64,000 nucleotides of DNA, from NCBI GenBank assembly GCA_963816185.1, contig CAWFJJ010000001.1, forward strand, positions 448,001 through 512,000, read 5' to 3'. Positions 51,197-60,897 of this stretch are shown here, one piece after another. The notes beneath the pieces were generated by a model that was not told the DNA's origin, searched no databases, and saw nothing but the letters and a program-made list of their open reading frames with translations. This DNA comes from Thermoanaerobaculia bacterium (GTDB lineage Bacteria > Acidobacteriota > Thermoanaerobaculia > UBA5066). Made by a program: the position numbers and the translations under genes. How positions within the stretch are numbered: the first letter of the stretch is position 1; each line of letters starts with the position of its first letter.

Positions 51197-53843
51197 CTAT
51201 TTCGGAATGACGACCGGCAGGACGACGTCGGTGTCGCGGGTCTTGAGGTCCTGCCTGACGAGGACCGCGATGAATGGCGTTGTCCCGTCGGCCGGAACGA
51301 GGTCGACGCGCCCGAGGTCCGTCGAGGCACCGGACATCCAGCCCGGGAGCGACACGGCGCCCCACGCCGGGACAGTCACGGTGCGGCTGCCGACGGCAGT
51401 GCCGTCCGCACCGGTGAAGTTCACCGTGATGGCGCCGGGATTCGGCGACGTCGACGTGATCTGGAGCGTCGAAGAGAAGGCGTCGTTCTGCGTGGCCGAG
51501 AGGAAGACGCCACGCGATCCCGGTGGAATCGCCGAAGGCGAGGCAAAAAAGGTCGCGGGGGCCGTGAAGACGACGTTTCCCCCCGAGGGAAGGGCCGCGC
51601 GGAAGGTGGCGAAGGCCGCGACCTGCTGATCGGCGTTGATGTCGAGCGTCCCCGTGATCGCGCTCGACGGGCTCCCGAGGTCCAACGTGACGACCGCGCC
51701 GGGAGGGACGGTCGCCGTGGCGAGCGAACCGCTCCCGGGCGCCACCGGCCCGTCGACGGGCTGCGCAACCCGTAGGGAGACGCCGACGTTCGCCGGACTC
51801 GTCCCGGGGTTGAAGATCTGAAGCGTGGGCTTGACACCGCCCCCTCGCGTGAAGCCGGCGATCTGGAGTCCGGTGGCGAGCGCCGAGGTTCCGATGGGAT
51901 CGAGGCGCGCGGCGTCCCCGCTCGCCGGATCCGCGGCGGAGCCGAACAGAAGAACACGACCCGTCGTCACCGTGCACACGATGCGTGCGGAGGCGAGCGC
52001 CGGCATGCCGAAGGCGTCGAAGATCGACGTGCCCTGGACGCGGTATCCGCTCGGCCAGTCGTACGCGTAGGAGCCCCGCGATGACGCCGCTCGCGTCGAC
52101 GATCGAGATCGTGCCCGTGGAATCCTCGGTGACGAGGACGCCCGCGATCGTCTGCTGCGCGGCGTCGGGAGACGCGAAGAGAAAGCCCGTGTCGCCCGTG
52201 CCCAGCGCGGCGGCGCCCGTCACGGCATTCGCCGCGTAGCCCAGCGTCCCGCCTCCCGGTGCCGGCACCGACGTGCGCGACCAGGCGAACGTGTCCGCGA
52301 GCTGATCCGTGAAGATGCGGACGCCGCCCAGGGCGTTCGGAACGGCCATGTCGGTGCCGACTAAGTCGTCCTGCGAGACCATCGTTCCGGGTGCCACCGA
52401 ATTGCTCGCCGCTCCCCAGAAGCCCGCGATCCAGCCGTCGGGGAGCAGGGTCTCGCGGGATGTGAGCGTGTGCGTCACGCTGCTCGTATCGGGCGTGCCC
52501 CGGTTCCACGTCACGACCTGCGTTCGCGAGACCCGCGAAGGATCGGACGGGAAGGGCCTGCTCGAGACCGCCGTGAGGTAGAGCTCCGCATTATCGATTT
52601 TCGGCGGAGGTCCGAGAATCCCGAACCCGCCGGCTGTCCCGAAGAAGATTCGCCCGCGCGCCTCGTCGATCAGCATCGACCAGATCGAGAGTCCGCTGTT
52701 TACGATGATCTGCGCGAGCCCCGGTACGGCGCTGCCCGCGTCCGTGAGGTTGGGGGGAACCGTCGAAGTCTGCGTGTCGTTCACGAGCGTGCTGGTGGCC
52801 ACAGGCGCGCCGAGAGTGGATTGGATGGTGGGCGTGACGGTGGTCGACGTCAGCACGGTCGAGGATGTCGGGACCGCCACGGCGGGATCCAGGAATCCCA
52901 CCTGACCCGTCTCGTCCGTGTACGCGACGAGGCCGCGGTAGTTGTGAATGTCGTAAGGCAGGGGGCTCAGGAGCGTGAAGATGTCCAAGGTCCCCGTCTT
53001 TTCGTCGAAGCGGCCCAGCTGCGACGTGTTGAAGAACGAGATCCAGAGCTTGCCGTCCTCGAGGCGCACGATCTTCGAAGGCGAGAAGGACACGTCGGGA
53101 AGGGTCCAGATGGTTGCGGTGGAAACGTCAGGAGGCCATCTCACGAGCAACCCGTAGACGAAGTCTGCGGAGAAAAGCGTTCCATCCGGATCCTGCCAGG
53201 GATGCGTGAGATAAAAGATGTTCGGCGTCACGTAATAGGTGAAATTCGGAACCGACGGGTCAAAGAGAGCGAGATGGCCGCCCGTTTCGGGCAGCCAGAA
53301 CTTGCCGTCCGGGCGTTTCACGAGAGAGGACGGCCGCCTCGATGAATCGGTGTATTCCGTGCAGCTCCCGGTGGCCGGGTCGAAGTGCGCGATCTTGAAG
53401 CCGCCGAGCTCGGTGATCCAGAAGGTTCCGTCGGTGTCCAGGAGAAGCGAGCTCGGCGCGGTGGACGACGGCATGACCCAGCGTGAGAGAGTCATGCGGT
53501 CCGCGGACCAGCGGGAGATCGTGTTGTCCGAGGCGGCGACTCCCCAGATGTTGCCGGCGGAGTCCTTGACGAGGTTTGCCCCATCGAAGTTCCCGATCGC
53601 GAGGCCGGTCGAGGGTACGCCGGTAAACGTCCAGATCTCGGAGCCTGCCGTGAAGGGGCGAGGCGTGGGAGTCGGCGTGGGCGTGGGCGTCGTGGAAGGC
53701 GTTGGCGTGGGGGTCGGCGTCGGCGTGGATGTCGGGCTCGGCGTAGGGGTCGGCGTCGGCTCTTGTGCCAGAGCCGGAAGAGCCAGCGCTACGGAGCCGA
53801 TCGCGAAAAGAAGAAGTCTCCAGTGAGAGGTGTTGCGTGTCAC
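51197..53843 (-). CDS. large secreted protein: (PT)n linker + Vgb-like beta-propeller + beta-sandwich repeats; frameshift near 52075
   Basis: Signal peptide then EPTPTPTP...; propeller repeats DSAGNIW, DTDGTFWITE, PDGKFWLPE. A shift restores GSYAYDWPSG...FGMPAL into ORF 51197-52006. Confidence 0.75.
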
Positions 53844-53910
53844 GTCGGGCATTGTAGCGGCCCCCGATGCACGCTCCGTTCCGCGCCTCACGTCGCGAAA
53901 AGTGGCCGGT

Positions 53911-53940
53911 TTGACGCGCCCGAGATGGTTGGCGTAGGAT
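53911..53940 (+). promoter_or_regulatory. putative sigma70 promoter of rho
   Basis: TTGACG-18 bp-TAGGAT, about 220 bp upstream of rho. Confidence 0.5.
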
Positions 53941-54159
53941 TGACCCTCGCAGGGCGGCCCCGAACGTCGGAGAGCCCACGGCGCCGCAGACGCGGAGCCG
54001 GAATGGCCGCAGAGACAGCGGCCGCCCCGCCAGGGAGAACCCAAGTCAAGGGCCCGAAGCGCGGAGGATGCGTGCGTTCGTCAGGAACGCCGTCCCCGGC
54101 CGGAAGCCACGAGGGAAGTCCGTTGGCTCGCATGGAGGAGCCAAACCCGGAGGATCAAT

Positions 54160-55617
54160 TTGAGCGATATGGACCCGAAAGATCGAGTCCTGACGGCGTC
54201 CGACGACCCGCAGGAGCAGGAGGGTGACGTCGACGTCCCGGAGGGCGAATTCGAGACCGATTCCCCCGGCGGCGAGGGCGACGAGGGAGAAACCGCGAAC
54301 GCCGGCGGGCAACCCGTCCCCGAGGGCGAAGTCGCCCAGAACGCATTCGACCCCTATCGCCGGCGCCGACGCCGGCGCCGGCGGCGCGGACGCGGGCGCG
54401 GACCCGGCCCCGGAGGTCCGGGCGAAGGGGGCGGCCTGTTAACGCCTGAGGGCGTCTCTCCGGAAGCGAGGGGCCGTTACGCGCCTCGCGTCGAGCCGGC
54501 CGCGGTCGCGAACCAGCCGCGCGCGGCGGTCACGGGAATCGTCAAGCTTCACGGTGACCATTCCGGCACGCTCGTCTCCTCGACGACGTACTCCTCGGAG
54601 CGAGGAGATCCTTTTCTTCCGAAGTTCCTGGTCGAGTCCGAGGATCTCGAGGACGGCCTCCTCGTCGAAGCCGAGGCCGTCTCGCGAGGCCCGAAAGGCC
54701 CCATCGTCCAGAAGGTGGTCTCGATCGAGGGGCTCGAGCCGGCGGACTATCGCGGCAAGTACATCCAGTTCCACAAGGGCGTGTCGGTCGACCCCGACCG
54801 ACGGCTCCGGATGGAGACCGCCCCGGACGAGATCTCCGGCCGCGTCCTGGATCTCGTCGCGCCGATCGGCCGGGGCCAGCGCTGCCTGATCGTCGCGCCC
54901 CCGAAAGCGGGCAAGACTTTTCTCCTGAAGACGATGGCGAACGCCATCGCGAAGAACGACCCCGACGTCAAGATCTTCATGCTCCTCGTGGACGAACGTC
55001 CCGAGGAGGTCACTGACATGCAGCGGTCGATCACGGGCGAAGTGGTCGCCTCGCCGAGCGACCTCAACGCGGCGCACCACATCGCCGTCTCGGAAGCGTG
55101 CTTCGAAAGGGCCAAGCGCCTCGTCGAGATCGGCCACGACGCCGTCATCTTCTGCGACTCGATCACGCGGATGAGCCGCGCGTACAACAACGAGCAGCGC
55201 GGAAGCGGCCGCATTCTCTCGGGAGGAATCGACGCCCGGACGATGGAGAAGCCCCGCCGCTTCTTCGGCGGCGCGCGGAATCACGAGGGGGGCGGCTCGC
55301 TCACGATCATTGCCACGTGCCTCATCGACACCGGCAGCCGGATGGACGACGTCATCTTCGAGGAGTTCAAGGGCACCGGAAACAGCGAGATCATCCTCGA
55401 CCGCGGCCTCTTCGAGCGGCGCATCTTCCCGTGCATCAACATTCCGGCCTCCGGCACCCGCAAGGAGGAGAAGCTCTACGATCCGGACGAGCTGCCGAAG
55501 ATCCACAAGCTCCGCCGGGCCCTCTCCTCGGTGAAACCCATCGACGCGATGGAGCTCCTTCTCTCGAAGCTCGCGAAGTCGAAGACGAACAAGGAATTCC
55601 TGAAGAGCATCCTCTAG
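54160..55617 (+). CDS. rho: transcription termination factor Rho
   Basis: APIGRGQRCLIVAPPKAGKT, DERPEEVTDM, DSITRMSRAYN, LSGGID, FEEFKGTGN, SGTRKEE. Confidence 0.97.
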   Translation: MSDMDPKDRVLTASDDPQEQEGDVDVPEGEFETDSPGGEGDEGETANAGGQPVPEGEVAQNAFDPYRRRRRRRRRRGRGRGPGPGGPGEGGGLLTPEGVSPEARGRYAPRVEPAAVANQPRAAVTGIVKLHGDHSGTLVSSTTYSSERGDPFLPKFLVESEDLEDGLLVEAEAVSRGPKGPIVQKVVSIEGLEPADYRGKYIQFHKGVSVDPDRRLRMETAPDEISGRVLDLVAPIGRGQRCLIVAPPKAGKTFLLKTMANAIAKNDPDVKIFMLLVDERPEEVTDMQRSITGEVVASPSDLNAAHHIAVSEACFERAKRLVEIGHDAVIFCDSITRMSRAYNNEQRGSGRILSGGIDARTMEKPRRFFGGARNHEGGGSLTIIATCLIDTGSRMDDVIFEEFKGTGNSEIILDRGLFERRIFPCINIPASGTRKEEKLYDPDELPKIHKLRRALSSVKPIDAMELLLSKLAKSKTNKEFLKSIL

Positions 55618-55624
55618 GCGTCCG

Positions 55625-56356
55625 TCAGAACGTCAGCTGGTAGGAGAGGTAGCTCTGGAACAGCGTGTCGCCGGAGATGCTCCGGCCGGCCGACGCCAGG
55701 AAGTGGTGATGGTCGTTGAAGTCGAGGACAAGGCCGACGTTGAAGCGCAGGTTGCCGTCGCCGCCCACCCGGTCGGGGGTCGTGTAGAAGACCTCGCCGC
55801 CGACCGACGCCAGCTTCGACACCTGTCGTTGAACCAGCCAGCCGACGGACCAGTAATCCCGGTTCCCCGCACCGGGATTGATCCAATAGCCTCCACCGCC
55901 GTAACTCATCCACGGCCCGAAACTCTTCTGGAGCCACACAGGTAGGAAGGCGCGCAGATGTCCGGCACCGAGGCCTCGTGACTCGCTTCCGAACGGCAGC
56001 TCGATTTGCGGGAAGGTCCCCACCATCGGGATCGACTCGCTCTCCTCGACGAACCGCAGCTTGGCGCCAAGCTCGACGTCGCCTAGGCCATACGCGGTCG
56101 GGCCGCCGGTCGGGCGCGAGTACGCGAGCGGGGCGATGAGATGAAGCTGGAGATTCGGTGCCGCTCCGAAGTTGACCTCGAAGTGCGGTGCCGTTCCGGC
56201 CGACCCGTTGGACGTGACCTCGTTCTGCATCGCAAGGTAGAACTCCCAGTGTCGGTAGGCGACGGGCTCGGGATCGTCGGTCACATACGGCGGCCCCGCG
56301 CTCGCGATGGCCGGTAAGAGCGCGAGCGCGCCGGCGAACGCCACAGCCGGGCGCAT
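55625..56356 (-). CDS. putative outer-membrane channel (MetA-pathway/phenol-degradation-like transporter)
   Basis: Signal peptide then GPPYVTDDPEP; GLGDVELGAKLRF; C-terminal YQLTF. Confidence 0.65.
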   Translation of the reverse strand: MRPAVAFAGALALLPAIASAGPPYVTDDPEPVAYRHWEFYLAMQNEVTSNGSAGTAPHFEVNFGAAPNLQLHLIAPLAYSRPTGGPTAYGLGDVELGAKLRFVEESESIPMVGTFPQIELPFGSESRGLGAGHLRAFLPVWLQKSFGPWMSYGGGGYWINPGAGNRDYWSVGWLVQRQVSKLASVGGEVFYTTPDRVGGDGNLRFNVGLVLDFNDHHHFLASAGRSISGDTLFQSYLSYQLTF

Positions 56357-56430
56357 GAGCCTCACGGCAGCCACCATCGCCCCACGCCGCGGTAGCCGAT
56401 GAGGACCGCTATCCATGACCCCAAGATCTT

Positions 56431-57225
56431 CTATTCTTCGGGTGGGATGTAGAAGTCCGTCAGCCGTCGCATGACGTGGCGGGGGTCCTCCACGTGGAGG
56501 AAACGCGACGCGCCGGGGAATGTCGTTCCTTCCGCCCCGCGGATGCCCTGGACGATCGCGGCTGCGCAGCGCAGCCGCTCGGGGTCCTCGCGGTCGCCCA
56601 CGAGGACGATCGTGCGCGCGCGGATCTCGCCGAGCCTCTCGGCTTGCGTCGGCCCGGGATGCGCGGGACGCGCGAGCGAGCCGCCCGCGACGCGTGCCCG
56701 GCCGTAGATAGTCTGGAGGCGCTCGAAGGGCCCTTCCAGCGCGCGCGCCACGTCGAAGGCGGGTGAGGAGAGCCACTTTTCCATCGCCGTCCGCGGTGAG
56801 CGCGCAAAAGCCGACAGAAAATCACGCCGCGCCGCGAGCGTCTCGTCTTTCCAGCGAAATCCCTCCAGCGTCGGCGCGAGAAATGCGAGGGAGAGGGTCC
56901 GGGCCGGGAAGGCGAGCGCAAACTGGATCGCGACTTCGGCGCCGTCGTCGTGAGAGAGCAGATGCACCTTCTCCGTCGAGAACCAGTCGAGGAAGGACGC
57001 CGTCTCCGCCGCTTCGTCGGCGAGCGACAGGGGTTCGGGCGCGTCGCTCGAGCGGCCGTGACCCCTTCGATCGAAACGCACTGCGCGAAAGCCCGAAGAG
57101 ACGGCCGTGGCCGGCGCCTCGAGGAGATCCGCGTCCGCGAACGAGCCATGCAGGAGCACCACCGTCTCGCCGTCGCCGCTGACCTCGTAGTAGAGGCGAT
57201 GCCCCGAGAGACTCGCGTACGGCAT
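56431..57225 (-). CDS. alpha/beta hydrolase-fold protein (degenerate triad)
   Basis: VVLLHGS, FDRRGHGRS, LSHDDGA at the nucleophile elbow, VGDRED. Confidence 0.85.
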   Translation of the reverse strand: MPYASLSGHRLYYEVSGDGETVVLLHGSFADADLLEAPATAVSSGFRAVRFDRRGHGRSSDAPEPLSLADEAAETASFLDWFSTEKVHLLSHDDGAEVAIQFALAFPARTLSLAFLAPTLEGFRWKDETLAARRDFLSAFARSPRTAMEKWLSSPAFDVARALEGPFERLQTIYGRARVAGGSLARPAHPGPTQAERLGEIRARTIVLVGDREDPERLRCAAAIVQGIRGAEGTTFPGASRFLHVEDPRHVMRRLTDFYIPPEE

Positions 57226-57234
57226 CGGCGTCTC

Positions 57235-58890
57235 TCAGGCCGGCGCGGCCGCTTCGACGCGGCCGGCGACGCGGCGTCCGCGACGGCGCCTCCGGCGCTT
57301 CGCGTGTGCCGCCGGCGTCGAAGCGGAAGGCTCCTCCGGCTCCGCGCCGAACCCTCCGTGCGGCACCTCGAGTCCGAAGGCCTCGCGTGTCCAGAAATCC
57401 GCGACGGAGAGCGAGACGGGAGGCTTGGAAGAAGGTGCTTCGAGGGAAGAGACGGGAGGAGGGAGGGGAGCTGAAGAGGGGATTTCTTCGAAGGCAGGCG
57501 GGGCAGGAGATTCCGCTTCGCGCTCCGTGATGTCTTTTCGCCCCGGCGCTGCCGCGGAGAGCAGCCGAGCCGAAATCGCGGCCTCCGCCTCTTCGACCTT
57601 CGAAGAAATCTTCGGCGCCGGAGGCGCCGTCTTCTCTTCGCGCAAAGAAATCTTCGGCGGTGCCGGAGGCGCCGCGATCTCCTTCGGTTTCGCGGGGACG
57701 GCGCCTGATGCGAAGAGCCCCTCGTCGGGGTGCTCCACGGGGATCTTCATTCCGATGAGGCGCTGAATCGCGTCGAGCGAGAACACGTAGTCCTCGTCCG
57801 CGAGCGAGATCGCTTTTCCGGAATGCCCGGCGCGCGCCGTTCGTCCGATCCGGTGAACGTAGTCCTCGGGGTCCTGGGGAAGGTCCACGTTGATGACGTG
57901 CGTGACGCCTTCGATGTGGAGCCCCCGCGACGCGACGTCCGTGGCCACGAGCAGCGGCAGGACGCCGCTCTTGAAGTCCTGGAGGATCTTGAGGCGCCGC
58001 GCCTGCGGGATGTCTCCCGTGAGCGCGCCGGCGCGGAATCCGTGCCTTTCGAGGTTCGCGAGGAGGCGCTCGGCGAAGCGCTTCGTGTTCACGAAGAGCA
58101 TCGTGCGCTCGACGCCCTCGCGTCTCAGGAGTCCGAGGAGCAGGGGAATCTTCTCGCGCTGCGAGACGTGGTAAAGCGTTTGCGTCACGCGGTCGGCAGT
58201 GATCTGCTCGGGCCGGATCTCGATCTTGCGCGCGTCGTTCAAGTGCTCGTACGCGAGCTCCATGACGCGAAGCGACAGCGTCGCCGAGAAGAGCATCGAG
58301 TGCCGGCGGCCCGGAGGCGGGCAGCGGCGGAGGATGCGCCTCAGGTCCTTGATGAAGCCGAGGTCGAACAGGCGGTCCGCTTCGTCGATGACGAGCGACT
58401 CCACCTCGCCGAACGACGTCGCGCCCTGCTGCTCGTAGTCGAGGAGGCGCCCCGGAGTTCCGATGAGGAGGTCGCAGCCGGCCCGGAGCTGGTCGCGCTG
58501 GCGGCCGTAGTCGATGCCGCCGAAGACGGTCACGATGCGCATCTTCACGAAGTGCCCGAGCTGGCGCGCATCGTCCTGGATCTGGACGGCCAGCTCGCGC
58601 GTGGGCGCGACGATGAGCGCGCGCGGGTTCCCCGACGCCTTGTGGCGCTTCGACCGCACGAAACGCGTGAAGATCGCCACGAGATACGCGGCCGTTTTCC
58701 CGGTTCCCGTCTGGGCCTGGGCGGCGACGTCCTGGCCGGCGAGAAGAAGGGGAAGCGTCGCGGCCTGGATGGGCGTCGCCCGGACGAATCCGCATCCGGC
58801 GATGCCCGCGCTCACCGCGTGCGGCAGCTTCAGGTCGGCGAAGTAGACGTCAGAAAGGTAATCCGAAAATTTCCCCGCGGGAGCGGTCAT
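57235..58890 (-). CDS. rhlB: DEAD-box RNA helicase, RhlB-like
   Basis: TPIQAATLP, AQTGTGKT, DEADRLFDLGFIKD, FSATLS, YVHRIGRTARAG; wording matches RhlB as I recall it. Confidence 0.88.
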   Translation of the reverse strand: MTAPAGKFSDYLSDVYFADLKLPHAVSAGIAGCGFVRATPIQAATLPLLLAGQDVAAQAQTGTGKTAAYLVAIFTRFVRSKRHKASGNPRALIVAPTRELAVQIQDDARQLGHFVKMRIVTVFGGIDYGRQRDQLRAGCDLLIGTPGRLLDYEQQGATSFGEVESLVIDEADRLFDLGFIKDLRRILRRCPPPGRRHSMLFSATLSLRVMELAYEHLNDARKIEIRPEQITADRVTQTLYHVSQREKIPLLLGLLRREGVERTMLFVNTKRFAERLLANLERHGFRAGALTGDIPQARRLKILQDFKSGVLPLLVATDVASRGLHIEGVTHVINVDLPQDPEDYVHRIGRTARAGHSGKAISLADEDYVFSLDAIQRLIGMKIPVEHPDEGLFASGAVPAKPKEIAAPPAPPKISLREEKTAPPAPKISSKVEEAEAAISARLLSAAAPGRKDITEREAESPAPPAFEEIPSSAPLPPPVSSLEAPSSKPPVSLSVADFWTREAFGLEVPHGGFGAEPEEPSASTPAAHAKRRRRRRGRRVAGRVEAAAPA

Positions 58891-58962
58891 CCGCGGTCAT
58901 TGTAGCGTCCGGTGCGTTCTCGTCGCGTCCGATATACTCGATCGACGCGCGCCTCTTCTCCC

Positions 58963-60888
58963 ATGACGCCGCTGTCCGGCCGCCGCCCCGTCCTCTTCGC
59001 GCTCGGCATCGCGGCATTCGTGATCGCATTCACGACGGACGAGCGCGTCTTCGGCCTGATCACCGACGGGCAGGTCATGACCCGCACGGCCTACGCGATG
59101 TCCGCTCTCGGAGAGATCGGGATCGCGCGAGGCCACCCGGTCAACATCGCGCGGCCCTCCGGGGACGCCGTGACGCGGTACGGGATGGGTCCGTCGCTCG
59201 TTCGGGTTCCGATCACGGCTCTCGCGGGTCCCTTCGAGAACGTTTTCGGGCTGGGCTCTTCGCAGACTCTCTTCGTGCTCGAGCAGATCCTGCTCGTCCT
59301 CCTCGCGGCCGGTGCGGCGAGCCTTCTCGCGCGCGCCGTAGGCGCGGGACCTGCCGGAACGCGCCGCGCTTGCCTCGCTGCGGCGATCGCGTCGCCCCTG
59401 TGGGCCTACGCGGGGTCCGACTGGTCCGAGCCGCTTCAGGCGGCGTGCGTCGGTGGCGCCTTCGCGTGCGCGGCGCTCGTGGGCCGCCCGGACGCGAGGC
59501 GCGACGGACTGCTCGCGGCCGGGGCCGGGGCGCTCGCGGCCTTCGCGCTCCTCTCGAAGTCCGTCTTCGTCGTTCTTCCGCCCCTCCTCCTCGCGGTCGT
59601 CGTCCTCGAGGCGCCGAGGGGAAGGCGCGTCGCGCGCGCCCTGGCGTTCCTCGCGGGCGCGGCGCCGTTCGCCGCGCTCTGGCTGGCGTTCGAGATCGCG
59701 CGTTTCGGAAGACCGTTCGCGTCGTACGCCGGAGAGCCTTTCAGCCACGCCCCGCTCGACGGCCTGTGGCGACTCACGGTCGGAGTGAACAAGGGGCTCT
59801 TTCTGTACTTTCCGCTGGCGCTCCTCGGGGTGTGGGGTTTTGTCCGCGTCGCGAGGGCGCGGCGCGTCCTCGGGCTCGCCCTTGCGGGGTTCGCGGCTTT
59901 CCTGCTCGTGACGACGGCCGCGTGGTGGTCCTGGGACGGCGCGTCGGGATGGGGACCGCGCCTCCTCGTGCCGCTCGTCCCCCTTCTGGCAGCCGCGGCG
60001 GCCGTTGGGGCGCCGGCGCGGCCGGCGGCGGCGTTCACGGTTCTCTTCGGGCTGGGAGTCGCCGTGAACGCGCTGGGCGTCCTGCAGCCCGACGGCCCGA
60101 CGACCTGGTACTACATGGTCCTTCCCCAGAAGCCTCTCACCGAGGCCGAGACGCGCGCCTACGCGCCATACGCCGTGTTGCGCGTCGCAGGTGAGACGCC
60201 GCGTCTCGGCCAGTGGTTCGACGTCGCGAATCACGCGGAGCTCTCGCCGATCAAGGTCACGGCGTGGCTCCTCGCGCACCGGCTCGCGGGAGGCGACGTT
60301 CTCGCCGTGCTGAAGACGCCTCCGTGGCGGACGGACCGCCCGGGCTTCGAGATGGCGGTGCCGCCCGAGCAGGCGATCCCTCCGAGCGCGCTCGTCTTCC
60401 TGACCTCTCCTTTCCGCTGGCCGCATCTCGGCATGTCGCTCACGCGTCGGGCCGACCAGCCGGATACCGTTCTCGCCTTCATCGACTGCCTCTACGACCA
60501 GGCGCTCCGCGCGGAGGACATGCGCTCCGCGGACCGCGCGATCGAGTTCGGGGAAGAGCTTTATCGGCGCGTGCCCTCGCCGAAGACGATCACCGCGCTC
60601 GCCGAGGCGTACCGGCTCGCGGGGAAGCGCGAGACGTTTCTCGACTTCGTGCGCTCGCTCCCTCCCGCTCAGAGAAGCGCCCCGGATTTCGGGATGCTGC
60701 TCGCCCTCGCGGCGCGTGATTCGGGAAACGAAAGGCTCGCCCGCGAGATCCTCGGACAGGTGCTGCGGGCGGGCGGGCGGCCCGAGTACGCACGTCTCGC
60801 GTCCCTGCCTCTCGCGGAATGGCCCGCGACGCTGCACGAGGCGCAGCTTCCAAGGGCGCTTGAGGCGGGCGAGGAGCCCCGGCGATAG
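58963..60888 (+). CDS. multi-pass membrane protein, probable GT-C-type glycosyltransferase
   Basis: Many TM segments; SPLWAYA..WSEP, KGLFLYFP, WWSWDGASGWGPRLLVP; C-terminal TPR-like helices. Confidence 0.6.
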   Translation: MTPLSGRRPVLFALGIAAFVIAFTTDERVFGLITDGQVMTRTAYAMSALGEIGIARGHPVNIARPSGDAVTRYGMGPSLVRVPITALAGPFENVFGLGSSQTLFVLEQILLVLLAAGAASLLARAVGAGPAGTRRACLAAAIASPLWAYAGSDWSEPLQAACVGGAFACAALVGRPDARRDGLLAAGAGALAAFALLSKSVFVVLPPLLLAVVVLEAPRGRRVARALAFLAGAAPFAALWLAFEIARFGRPFASYAGEPFSHAPLDGLWRLTVGVNKGLFLYFPLALLGVWGFVRVARARRVLGLALAGFAAFLLVTTAAWWSWDGASGWGPRLLVPLVPLLAAAAAVGAPARPAAAFTVLFGLGVAVNALGVLQPDGPTTWYYMVLPQKPLTEAETRAYAPYAVLRVAGETPRLGQWFDVANHAELSPIKVTAWLLAHRLAGGDVLAVLKTPPWRTDRPGFEMAVPPEQAIPPSALVFLTSPFRWPHLGMSLTRRADQPDTVLAFIDCLYDQALRAEDMRSADRAIEFGEELYRRVPSPKTITALAEAYRLAGKRETFLDFVRSLPPAQRSAPDFGMLLALAARDSGNERLAREILGQVLRAGGRPEYARLASLPLAEWPATLHEAQLPRALEAGEEPRR

Positions 60889-60897
60889 GATGAACGC

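Noticed and set aside
53660-53760. Short tandem repeat that could be taken for a CRISPR or VNTR
   Set aside because: Encodes a Pro-Thr linker; no repeat-spacer structure and no cas genes in the window.
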